The position numbers were made by a program, and so were the translations under genes. DNA of 63,997 nt, the filler included, from Collodictyon triciliatum (Eukaryota), in the NCBI GenBank assembly GCA_043381765.1. It is 5 parts of 5 records of this genome, joined end to end, with 100 filler letters (N's around TTAATTAATTAA, not from the genome) between each part and the next. Parts side by side here need not be neighbours in the genome. Positions count along the whole stretch, not along the records: positions 12,920 to 25,708 come from JBHJMP010002099.1; positions 25,809 to 38,589 come from JBHJMP010002100.1; 3 more parts are not named here. One strand, 5' to 3'. This document shows, one piece after another, positions 23,501 to 35,848 of the stretch. Numbering within the stretch: the stretch's first letter is position 1; each line of letters starts with the position of its first letter. The notes below the pieces were generated by a model that worked only from the letters and a program-made list of their open reading frames with translations, was not told the origin of the DNA and did no database searches.

Positions 23501-24921
23501 GAGGGATACAATTTTATAAGATACAGCAACACGGGTTCAATATTCATATATCTATATTTCTGCTAAAGAGCAATAAAATAATTTTTAAAAACAACCTTCT
23601 AATGACAAGGTCATGGCACTTTTAATGTCAAATATCCATTGATACGTATGCTTATAAATCATAAACTACTATCGGTACTTTTAGATACCCTCCATTGAGC
23701 GTACCATCTCTTTTTCTTCTCCAAAATACTCAAGTATCATCGGTCGTGGTATGGTTGTATATCTAAATTAACTGAATAAAATTACGTGCCTAGTATAAAA
23801 TTTCAAACTAAGGTTTAAAATAGTAAATTTCCGCGAAGCGCAAAAGACATCATCTGTATTTTTTATTTTTATTTTTTTGCTAATCAATCTATTACAAAAC
23901 ATATAACAGTATTGTCCGGATTGCCCACCGGAGTTTTTGGAAGATCTCCTTATGCTGACACAGGAATTCGAAAAAGATCGTATTGCAAATGTAACTTTAT
24001 TTGCTTGAAACATGCCTTTTTCTTTCATTCTTTATTTTATGATATTTTCAAATTAGAATTCGAAGTGATCTAAAAATTCATGACAATAGACGAAAACTGT
24101 AACAATAATTATAATAATTTTAATTTTAATTCAGATATTGGAAAACTGGCCTATGAAATCTGGTGGGAGATTACCACCAGATTACGCATCATCTCCGTCT
24201 GTTTTGGTCACAGGGTGAATAAATTAACAAATGATACCCCTTCTTTTTTTATATTTTTTTTATCCATTTATATACATGTATATTTTAAATGATTGCTTTT
24301 ATGAAATTCCGAATCTGTATCTGAATGAATACACCTATAGACATACTGATGGTTCTGTGAGATTATGGGATGTTTCGTCCATTTACGTAAGCATGGTATA
24401 TTGTTTCAACTCTACGTAAGATTTGTTTCCATTTATGTATCAATCAGAAAAATATATGATAGCTGCTAATTAATTCCATACCATACTTCCTAGGGGTTAA
24501 AACCCATTATTTTTTAATTTATCAAAGTATCTATCTACTCAAAATAAAATGACTGTAAATCATCCGTCTGATTTCCATTTTGTTTTCGGATAAAGGGAAA
24601 AATTAGTCAGAAAGCCAAAGTCTCTGGAGATTACTTTGATGAAGCTCTGCCCAATTTCTAGGACGTTAGTGTTGAGTTATATGAGTGGAGAAGTAGCTGT
24701 TTTCAATTTTAGGCAAGTTTCAAAATATCAGTACACAGATAATGAGAACTTTGATAATACTGCATACAATATTTCGTTAAATAAAGAGCATTTTAACTTT
24801 ACATATCCTTCGTAGTCCCACATATTTACACGATTTACCACATTAAAAATAGACTATCTCAAAGATATCTCTTTATTTTAGACTTGTGATCCCTTCTGCA
24901 AAAGGGACTTCGAATTCACAG
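20519..24921 (+). CDS. Tomosyn/Lethal giant larvae (STXBP5/Lgl/Sro7) family WD40 protein, 5' half only
   Basis: THGIPPGLKCMAFDPIQGLLAVGTITGDVVIYGRP, ILLGYATGHIALWDI, FVSGYENGEVIMWN and ENWPMKSGG...VLVTGHTDGSVRLWD are family-typical blocks. The gene runs into the N gap at 25018. Confidence 0.85.
20687..20835. repeat. (TTTTTG)n then (TTTG)n in tomosyn intron 1
   Basis: Direct reading. Confidence 0.95.
22789..22858 (+). mobile_element. Ultra-short retroposon tail, family 1, 17-bp TSD (15/17 identical)
   Basis: aaaatctatgcaatatt [gcttagccctgctgcactttgaaccgaataaagggg] aaaatttatgcaatttt. Confidence 0.8.
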
Positions 24922-25708
24922 GTTTTTTCTTCTCTTTTTATAATAATACTAATAATACTAATAATACTAATAATACTAATAATAATAATACTAATAATAA
25001 TAATACTAATAATAATANNNNNNNNNNNNNNNNNNNNNNNNNNNNNNNNNNNNNNNNNNNNNNNNNNNNNNNNNNNNNNNNNNNNNNNNNNNNNNNNNNN
25101 NNNNNNNNNNNNNNNNNNNNNNNNNNNNNNNNNNNNNNNNNNNNNNNNNNNNNNNNNNNNNNNNNNNNNNNNNNNNNNNNNNNNNNNNNNNNNNNNNNNN
25201 NNNNNNNNNNNNNNNNNNNNNNNNNNNNNNNNNNNNNNNNNNNNNNNNNNNNNNNNNNNNNNNNNNNNNNNNNNNNNNNNNNNNNNNNNNNNNNNNNNNN
25301 NNNNNNNNNNNNNNNNNNNNNNNNNNNNNNNNNNNNNNNNNNNNNNNNNNNNNNNNNNNNNNNNNNNNNNNNNNNNNNNNNNNNNNNNNNNNNNNNNNNN
25401 NNNNNNNNNNNNNNNNNNNNNNNNNNNNNNNNNNNNNNNNNNNNNNNNNNNNNNNNNNNNNNNNNNNNNNNNNNNNNNNNNNNNNNNNNNNNNNNNNNNN
25501 NNNNNNNNGCTGCTGCTTCTGATTCACGCGCTGGTGAAGAAGCCGTAGCGGCGTCGTCTTGAAGGTGTCCATGGCAGGGCGGACTTTGAGACGGAGGCGA
25601 AGGTGAGCAGACTTCATTGTTCTTTTTTTGTTTTTTTTTTGTTTTTTTTTGTTTTTTTTTGTTTTTTTTTGTTTTTTTTTGTTTTTTTTTGTTTTTTTTT
25701 TTTTTTTT

Positions 25709-25808
25709 NNNNNNNNNNNNNNNNNNNNNNNNNNNNNNNNNNNNNNNNNNNNTTAATTAATTAANNNNNNNNNNNNNNNNNNNNNNNNNNNNNNNNNNNN
25801 NNNNNNNN
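25709..25808. other. Artificial scaffold spacer
   Basis: N44-TTAATTAATTAA (25753-25764)-N44. Confidence 0.97.
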
Positions 25809-26271
25809 ATGATTGTAAAGAAAATTTAATAATATATTGTTGATTCCAGAAATAAGAGACTCTTCATTAACCGTTTTTGGGTTTTGCCAACGGGTTTCCC
25901 CTTTCGTGATCAGTATTTCTTTTTTCCCATCCAGCTGCTAATCACAATCCAACAACGAATCTTCCTTCAACTAATCGCCCAGCATCAACATCGTCTGAGA
26001 AATCAAGAGTCATTGACGCAAATCGCGCATCACGCACCAAGCGCACTCTCTTTGCATACAACAAGGTCGAGCGTGTGAGTTCGAGAACAAGTGGCAGAAT
26101 TAACACGCTTCAAGAGGCATTGAGAGGGGCAGGGGATTTTTACTTCATGTTGCAGGATTATCCTCTTTTTGTGTCCATGCTCTTTCTCCCCAGTCGGCGT
26201 GTATGTATGTTATATCTGTATTGGAGTTGGGGCTAGACTACTTACTCCAGGGATTGTGTAGAGCGGCAGGG

Positions 26272-29200
26272 ATGGTTCTGAAGAAAATAAGCGCCGACGA
26301 ACTGAGACCGTCACCAGCCTTCAGCCGCGCAGGAAAGGCCTCTGCCGCAGTGCTGTTGGGTCATGCTTGTGAGTAATTCGCCCTCTCCTTTGCGACAAAC
26401 ACGCTGACTGGCAAACATGGAGCCATCGTTGCCTGCAGCAGTGACCCGTTACCATAGTGTTGGAAGGGCCTTTGTAGTCCGTATTTTTGGTCAAAAAAGA
26501 AAAGAAAAGAAAAGAAAAGAAAAGAAAAGAAAAGAAAAGAAAAGAAAAGAAAAGAAAAGAAAAGAAAAGAAAAGAAAAGAAAAGAAAAAAGAGAACTCAA
26601 CCCTTTCTTCTTCTCTTCTTTCATTTAACCTCCCATGTACAACGACTAGTATTCAGCTCCCATGAACATTCTCCACATAAACCAGAGGATGAAGTGGTGG
26701 AGAAGCCCACAGAAGCACGTAGAGAAGAACGCGTGGATGGGCCGCATGCGCATGATAGGTACATCCATTCGGAGCCACTTGCCGCTTTGCCTTTTCAGTC
26801 CTTTTGAGTTTATGCTGATATAAGTTGATTTGCAAATATTCGTCCGATTGCTGTTTCTATCTTCTTCCTGAGTAGTCGACTATAATTCATTTCAAAAATG
26901 TCATGTTTTACAGTACCAGAACGATATTAGAAACACCGAAACTACTCTTTCACATTGCCATAATTTTTTATTTGTTTTTTTTGTTTTGTTTTCTGGAGCC
27001 AACAAGTATCGGTTTAAATATTGAATCCATACAGAGGCCGAGATCGTGTGATAAGTTCATCACCAAGAGTAACCATGGAAGCAGAGCTAAACCAGGTTTC
27101 TATAATGATTCTGCGCATGTATAGCTCACTTGCTTATGTTTTCTTTTCATTATCTATTTTATTGGTGTATTATCGCTCACCCTTGTCCAATCTTCCTTTC
27201 GAGACAAGTAACTTGCATTTATCAGCATTAAAAGTCACACGCTTGAATCTGTACAGACCCCCGGCACGAAGCTTCTTATTCCAAGGGAACTCGGTGAGGA
27301 TGAGCCTAGCGAGCTGGTGATCAATTTCTTAGGTAAAAACCCATACACCTTTAGATGAATTGCTTCTTTATCCCTTACTTCCTCCAAAAGCTTACTGCCA
27401 GGACTCTATCACTCTGATGAATATGGCTCTTTCTGTCTCCAATTTCTTGCACATATGTGCTTTAGTTGAACCCTGATAAATCACTATATATCTATGGTCT
27501 CATGTGTTTGATTCATACTCTATTTTCTATCCCTCCTATTCCACAGCAAAAGTATCCAAAGAAAAAGCCAAGCCTGACGATGTAAAGCCAAAGTCACTAG
27601 TAAAGGAAATCAAACCCGAAGACATGGTTTGTCCAAAATGCTGTAAATTCCACCTGTATTTTTTCTTCACAAAGAGAAATGTCGGGCACGCGATTTCGCT
27701 TTTTATACTTTTAGATTTTTTTATTCTCCTACCTTCTTTCTCTCTAAGGAGCATATTTTTGGAGCTGACCACGAGGAAAGCAAAGTCGAGACAGACCATG
27801 CAAAGCATCCTTCTGGACAAAAACTCCTTGTTGAACACGGCTCATCGGCATTTCTTGCCCCAGATCGATGGAAGCAATTTAAGAAGTTTGCCCCTCCTCC
27901 AGTCGGGCATTACCGACCACGTGAAACAATCACCACCCACAGGTCTAATTTTGCCTATCACTATGAAATGAACATCTTAATTAAATTTCGATTATAAATA
28001 CTTTTTTTTAATAAAATACTATTGACAGTTTTTTTGTCACACTTTCTTATTTTCTTACTCTACGTTTTCCATTGAATTGTATAACTAACGTTACGATATC
28101 TAGGATACCAGAATACGACTTTGGTTTACACAACTCAAACCCAAGAAAGGACAAGACAGATACTTTGAACTCTCCTGGCGTTGAGGCTAAAGTTGGACTT
28201 GAATCACGTATGCTGAGTATTCTCAAAAACCATTCTGTGTATTTGAAATCATAATTGAATCTGAAAAATACTTTCATAATTGCATTTTTTTGATCATCAT
28301 TTTATTTTATTTGAATAGACCGCGACCCTCATTCACCAAATGCCATACAAGAACAGGTATCTACTAAAGCAAAACAGTACCCTGTCATGATTCGATGAGA
28401 GCCATCACTGCATCGTTCTTTCAGTGAGATTGTCAACGAACTCACCACCATATGCTTTTTATAGATTACAGATGAAACTGGGAGATACAGCCCCACAAAA
28501 GATTATGGTAGCTGAATCCGCCGCGACAAATTATAATTTTCCTCTTGATATTTGGATATTATTCTCTGCTCCTTGGAGAATATTTTGAATTCTTTTTTTT
28601 TTAAAAAAAATAGATTATAACACGTCAAGGACACCCAAGAAGAAAGGAAAGAATGACGCCGATGTATGTGTAAATAATGAGACGGAGCTCCACTCTTGTT
28701 GATATATTTTGTCTCGGTGCTTTTCATATGATCACTGTTTCTTTATTTTTAAATCGAGATTTAATTCAACCGTCATGGTTTAAAACGCAAGACTCTCACT
28801 TTTTTTAAATCTTCAGAACGAAAAGCATTTCATGCTGTTGCCCAAATCAAACATGTGTGCCTCTTCGTTTAAATCGAAATCGCCTCAAAGATTTCACCAC
28901 CGGACTTTTACTCCAGAACCTTACTCTCCAAGTATTGATGCTGTTCGACAATCGGCACCATCTTTTACTTTCCCTAAAGACCGCCAATACTTGTCTGAAG
29001 GTAAGCATTCATACACCAATAAAGCAATTTTCAAATATATTTATATTCCTCAAATTTAAGACTTATGATTTTACAAAATACCCTAGCAATTTTTTTTTTC
29101 AAATTGATAAATATCTACTGTACTGTGAAATCATGAGGGGTGACCTTTTCTGTTGATAGGACGACCAAGCACGGCACCGCCGCCTGATTTAGCCGCCATT

Positions 29201-30810
29201 CCACACGGGTCCGCTTACGACGTTTGTCCTCTATACCTGCCGTTTCATGCCATAATCCCATATGAAATCAGTTTTTCTGAAAAAAAGAAGATAAAAGAAT
29301 ATGCGTGATGCACATCTCAGTGCCTTTACATATCAGGTATCCTATACATTTGTAAAGCCATCTGCGCCCTCTGTGGTTCCCATGAACAAACGAGTTTCTC
29401 GAGAGAAATGGGCTCCTGCCAAAACGTCATACTATCGCAAAGTCGACGTATGATGGCATCCACCCTCGAATTTTCTTGATTCTCTCTTTTTTTTTTAAAA
29501 AAAACAACAACAACAATTTGCTGGATATTAACGTAATTCTGATTTATTTGTGCCAATGTCAATAAAATTCTCACGGCAATCGCACATTTCACACAAAGCT
29601 GGAACCCATCAAAGCTCCACATCACATCCCCTCTATCAAATTCGATCGCATGTCTGGGCGTCATCAAGTCGCCACCCAAAAAGACATGGTCGACTCATCC
29701 GTCGACCCCGTGTATCCTTACAGCCCCGAACGTAACACTTTCATATGTTTTCATTACTTCTAACCATCTTAACACCTTGGCAAAACATGTATTACAAAGC
29801 AGTTGTCCCCAAAAAAAAAAATCAACACGAGGAACTAAACTCCCACTTCTGTTGTCAAATTCGGACTCTTGCAGTGGTGAAAGACCTCCTTGGCCACCGC
29901 ACGCCCTCTCCAAACCTGAAAAAGATGCCGCCTCGGAAGCCCCTGATGGCTAACATGCTCGACCAGTACTTGCTTGTTCCCTTCCTTAATTTCATTTGGA
30001 TGCAATGCCTTTATTCACAACGACAGGATTCGTAAAGGGTTAAATGTATAGAAGGACCATCTTTGGTGCTATATCTAGTCTTGTCCTTGACACCATGATT
30101 AAGAAATAGAATCAATCCGATATCATCCTCAAACACTCCCAAACAACTTCACCTAGGGTTTATGATATTCAAGAATCCAAACTCTACCATAGCCATATTT
30201 CCAACGTCCATGATTTTGGAAAGGGCCCAGGACACAGGTCAGCCAACCAATCATATTTTTAATACGTCTTTTCCCTGGATTGGACTCTTCTTGATTTCTG
30301 CTAACTGTTGAATTCACACAGAGAACTGAACAATTTCAACGCCGCAGATGTGATATATGACGCACATGTCCCTCCAAGGTAGCATACCACATCGATTGAT
30401 CGGCACAAAGAAATATCACCAAGAAATATCACTGCTCTTTGTCAGCAGATATCGTGAAACTTTCAGATGTATTTCCTATTGCTTGTTTCAGATTATTAAT
30501 GTTTTCCGATTCTATCTTAGGCATAGTCCCTCGCCTGACTTAATGAGGCAAGTCCCCAGAGATAAGGCCACCTCGATATCGATGAGAGAGAAAATCACTT
30601 CCCTGGACGTGGTTTGTCCTCTTCCTTTCTCCCCTCACCATTCTTTTTTTCTTATTAGTAATACATGCATTTAAAACAAACTAAGATATATTCCATTCTC
30701 GACTTTGTTACAATTAGATTTATGAACCTGATTGGTCTCGTCTTCTTCCTCGTGTAAAAGGCGACCCGATGATTGAGCGGCAGTTGTCGCGTTCCCCAAA
30801 CATTTTCTGA
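26272..30810 (+). CDS. ODF3/STPG1 (SHIPPO-repeat)-like Pro/Ser-rich basic protein, probably axonemal
   Basis: GT-AG exons give repeated P-x-x-x-Y-x-P motifs (PPPVGHYRP, ETGRYSP, TPEPYSP...APSFTFPKDR, PVYPYSP, SPRVYD, DVIYEP). The last exon IYEPDWSRLLPRVKGDPMIERQLSRSPNIF ends in TGA at 30808-30810. Confidence 0.55.
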
Positions 30811-31359
30811 GCCTGCGCGATGGTCTTCTGACCAGATAATCCGTTTTACATTTTTCCACGCATCTTCCTTCTCTTTTTTTTTTTCCTTTCCTCTTTTTCT
30901 TCTTTTTTCTTTTCGGATGTTTTGACAGTTTGCTCCCTTAAAAGAAGACATCGCTGGTTATCGGTGTGTGGTTCTTTCATAACCTCTCATGCAACTACCA
31001 GACGGGTTATTATCACACCACATTCATATTAAAACAAAGAATTCCTGGTTGGGTGGATGATGAATTATAATGTCGCGTTTGTGGAGGATTGTTGTATCCA
31101 CCAGACTGTAATTATTATTATTTTTTTTTGTCTTCGCGAGCCACACTATCTCCATGAAATAGTTCATACTTTATCTAAGGTTTCCTGAAAGTCGCGACAT
31201 TGATATGTGCATGGCGGGTGATGTGACTAAAAAAGCAAACCATCCTCTTTCCTTATTTTCCTTTTATTTTTTTCTCCATCTGTTAATGTGGACTGCGGGT
31301 GGATGACTTGTTCCTGTGGTACTGTCTCTAATGACGACAGAGTGCATATAAAGAGCTCC

Positions 31360-34300
31360 TCACCCATCAATCTGGCATAATGACAGGGCTTTCAGATCGC
31401 CGTAGGAGGCTGCGCTTTGGTTCCAACATGGAAGAGTCGAAATCTTTGAGTCAGCAAAAATGACCTTGACAAGGAATAGCGCGTGAGTCGTACATAAGTG
31501 ACATATGATATACAGATAATTTCATTCTACGGACAAAACTGTGCGGACAGCTCTACCTTCTGCTCGATGCCATATCGCCGATATAAATTTAAATGCATTT
31601 ATTAGAAACTGTAAAATATAGTCTTTGGTAATGATTTGAATCTTACGACCTTTGATTTAGAAACCTCGTCAACACTGTCGTGATAGGGTGCGGTTCCATG
31701 TGTTATAGTTATACAAAGATATCAAAGGGTAAATGGATGAATAAAAGTCACAGCCTAGTTTAAATGATTCAAGTGGATGGTTTTAGGGTGATGACGCGCA
31801 GTTCAAAATCGACCAGATAAAAAAGGTTGTGATTCGGTAATCATTCATCCAGGTTTTGATACTGATAAAAGTTTTCATGGTCTTCAATAAAGGATGCAAC
31901 AGCCAAAGATATTATGAAGAGTGTTACATCCTTTGAATTTTGTTGACATTTTTTTTTAAAAAAAATTAAATATATTCTAAAAAAAACACCTCCATTTAAG
32001 TTATATGGTGTACTTACATTCTTTGAGAATTATTTAAAATTTTCAAAAAACTGTTGGAAATAGGAGAGAAAGGAAGGGTTTGGATTCAAAATTATGTTAT
32101 AATGCATACTGCTAGATTTATAATTATTTACTCACATCCTGAAATCATTTATATTGAGTACTTGATGATAAAATTGGAGATTTAAATTATTGTCCTCTTA
32201 CTTCCTAAAAGAAGGGGGTTTTCTCTCAGAAAAGTAGAGCATATACCCGGTGATTGTGATTTGACTTACATCCTACATTTACAAAGTGATTGAGAAGGTG
32301 GGAATAGCAAGAGGATGTAATTGTTCCGTTGATATCAGTCATATATTATTTTGGAGGATTGGTACTCACATTCCTCGGTTTACGGCCACACTTGCAAAAA
32401 AATTTTTTTTGAGTGGAGGATTTACATTCATCGAATAACCGTATTCAGAGAAGATGCTATTTACATACGTACTTACGGATATTCAATATTTTAAGGGTCA
32501 ATTACATAAAAAAATTAAAATGATTTAAACGGTGAAGATTTTGCTCACGTAATTCTGCATTTCCTATTATGATTAACAAGTTTAATAATTGAAAAAACAA
32601 TCAACCAAACAGTCAGTTTCATGGCCAGGCCTTCGAACTCATCGTATTACTTGGATATGGAGAACAGCCAGTTTTTTCAATTTTGTGATGGACGAAGGTA
32701 TTTCGGATATCTGTAATTGTGTTAAATGTGTAAATGTGCAGGAAGTGGTTTATTTTACATGATATTACGAAATTATTTTGCATCTATACACATACTTACA
32801 TAGTTATTTTGTAAGTGCAGAGATTCCAGCAGAGTCAAACAATATATTGGTTCAGGAATACAGGTAAACTAGAATTATTTGATTGTTTACAAAACAGTGA
32901 GAGATGGGTTGATTTATTGAATTCATATTCATTTTCAGATCATTTATATTTTAAAGAAATCCGAGTAATAAATGCCTTCATGTACTTTGTTGTATGATAT
33001 GTTTAACTCTGTAAGAGCCACCAGTTCAGATATCCGGTCTGGAAGAGATGCAATCTATGTAATGTGTGGAATTTTTGGCTACACTTTTGATTGTATGGAA
33101 TACATGAGCGAGAATATAGGATTAAGTATATATCGGTGTGAGTATACATTGTTCTTTGATGCGTCAAGGGCTATAAAAGAAGGCAGAAGAAATATCGAGG
33201 ACGGGATATAATTCAGCTCTCTGGATGAGATGCTTAGGATATTTTGTAGCAGCGCAATAGTCTTTAGAATTTTCTTGTCCTCCAGACCGAAGCGATTATG
33301 AGAAAAATTCATCATTTTCAATTTGGAAAGTAATCTCATGTCAGGTAGATGGTCTATCTACAAGTTTCAAAAAAAAAATGCACATGAACACGAAGAATGA
33401 AATAGAGGTCGTGATAAATTAAAAAAAAAAAAGAGTTTGTCAGACTATCATCTCGTTCCATTTAGAATTTCAGACTTGATTATGATCAGCGTTGAGGGAC
33501 TGAATATTTGCCAAGCTCGGTATACCGTGTCCCAGCGATGATAACTGCAACGTGTAAATCGAAATGTCTATTTAGAGGTGTTGGTATATTTTGGGAGTTG
33601 TTTTCTTGGAAGAAAAAATTACGATATTTCTAGATACGTCCAGCTTTTTCAATAATGAAAGATATTGGATTTCGTCGGGCAAAACACTCATCTAGAAAGA
33701 AAAATAACCCGCAGTTATAAAAATACTTAATTATGACATTAATCCAGGTTATTTTGTATTTCAAAAAGATATGTATGTGAAAACCTTTGTCCCGTTGATA
33801 TTCAAATGTTCTATTCTTGTTAAATTAAAAAGTTCCACAGGTAATTGAAACAGCTAGCCAAATTTCATCATAGTAAACTGTTATTATTATTTTTACAAAA
33901 AAAAAAAAAACTAATAAATTCATAAACTACCAAAAATGAAACTTGTGAGGGGGGTTTTTTTTTTTTGAAAAATAACATCATTCCGTAAAGCTTGGAGTAC
34001 TGCTAAAAATGAAGATAAAATATTGATTACACTTACGTTAAGAAATTGCAAAAACATGGTATTCAAATTGGTCAAGCGGGATATCTGACTTGGTAAGGAG
34101 TCAACCTAGAATGTTTGAAATTTATAATATGTGATGTGGGCTATATATTAGTTTGTAAAATAACGTAAATAAGAGTCAATACAGGATTCCCATTGAGAAA
34201 TAGAGATTGTAGACGCTCCAAGCGCATGAATGACTCTGAAAAATCAGTAATCTACAACATATAATTCCATGATAAGGCTCAGCTGATACGCGTATTATGT

Positions 34301-35077
34301 CATGAATTCAAATTCTATTATATTATCATCAGCCGATTAAGGTATAGCCATATGAGTTAAAAAAATTGAAAAAATTGTAAAAGAATGAAAATAATGAAGT
34401 CCAAAAAGGAATATGTGCTATTTAAATAATTTATAATGATGGCTTTGAGAGAAATTCATACAGGGTTGTGATTGATTCCTATTTGTTTCAACGTTGGCAA
34501 GTCACCGATGCATTTAGGGATGGTCACAAACTAAAGGACATAGATAATGTGTCATGAGTGGAGTCTTAAGGGAGAAAGAGAAAAAAAACGGGGGATAGGA
34601 AAACTAAGTTTTGACAAGAGCTATTTGTCTTGAAATACAACATGGATGACCAACTTTATTTCTATTGACATCCAGCCGTGTAAGGTTTGACAGAACGGAG
34701 AAGCCATCCGGCAAGTATGAAAGCTTTCATCAAACAAATTGAACGGTTTTATTAAAGGCGAATACTTTCTCTCAAAATGGGATTTCGATAAGTTTTGCTG
34801 CCTAGCAGGGATGTATGAATCGAAGATACAGTTAAGGTATTGAAGAAACAGGCACCTGGTTGTCATCCAGCCACAGCTCCAACAGCAGCGTCATTTGCAT
34901 TATGGCGCCGGGTAATCGGGATATCTTCCTGTCGCATAGGTAAAGCCATGTTGCGTCGACAAGTCTCTCGTTCAGAATTGTCTTTGGCGAATATTTCGGC
35001 TTCAAGGCCTCCAGCTCAAGAACAGGGTCACGCTCTTGGTGTTGATTGCCATCCTCATCCATTCTATCTGTGCACAT
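31360..35077 (-). CDS. Leucine-rich repeat protein B (one 23-aa LRR per 69-nt exon; micro-exon linker)
   Basis: Exon 1 VLELEALKPKYSP...ATWLYLCDRKISRLP...LWLDDNQ. Eight 69-nt phase-0 exons (e.g. 34462-34530 FVTIPKCIGDLPTLKQIGINHNP). The terminal exon 31360-31464 VIFADSKISTLPCWNQSAASYGDLKALSLCQIDG* is homologous to the paralog's FTSLPCWTNEDGMDYEDIIQLQLFD*. Confidence 0.88.
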
Positions 35078-35848
35078 GAATTATTTCGTTGACACAGGGG
35101 TGTCTTTCTTTTGCTTGTTTATTATTATTATTTTATTTTTTTTTTAAAAAAAAGGCTTGCTCAGACAACAGCTTCTTTTTTTCTTTCACAACTCTAGCAT
35201 GGGATTCTATTCTATCATAAAATTTGCTTTTACATCTGCATATAGACTGAGAATGAGAAAAAGTCTTACAGGATAATAGAGATGTGGTGAAGTGAAGAGG
35301 CTAAAAAAAAAAAAAGGAGTAAAATGAATGACAGACGCAGCCGATCTGCTCGTGGCCGACCTTTTGCAGAGAATTGAGAGGGGTGAGAGAAGTAGAGTTG
35401 CCATTTGGTTTCATACACGGCCAGTCAGATGCGCCTCGCCTTGTAACTTCTCTTCTGACAAACCCCATCTCCCCATCCAGTTGGCATTGGTTTGGCATCA
35501 AAGCGGGAAGCTGGCATGTTTTCCTTTCCGAAATATCATGGTTGTTATATCTGTATCCTTTTTTGTTTTTTTTATCTGAGTGAGCTCCGCACTCTATTAA
35601 ACTTTTGATGGTGGGTGTAAACTCGACGAAAAAAGAAAAAGAGAAAACAGGGGGTATAGAACTTGTCGTTTATTCGTTGGTGGTCCGGGATGGTGGATTC
35701 TTATCCGGAGAATTGCCAGACTCTTCTGCTATGATTTTGGTGAGAACAGTTCAGTCCGTCGCAGCAATGCAGAAAACAGAAAAAGAAGCATGAAATGAAG
35801 GTAATTCAAGTGTATTTACAGGAATATATGTAGGAAAAAACTTTATAC

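Noticed and set aside
24590-24603. ataaagggaaaaa resembling a family-1 retroposon tail
   Set aside because: It is a tomosyn acceptor/exon junction (taaag|GGAAAAA) with no TSD and no GAATCG core.
31841-31861. Alternative terminal exon YQNLDE* for LRR gene B
   Set aside because: The downstream exon with the paralog-conserved LPCW cap is much better supported. Minor use cannot be excluded.
32110-32111. Possible 2-nt exon ctag|CA|gtatgc within the micro-exon array
   Set aside because: It would need a 24-nt upstream intron and would break the frame.
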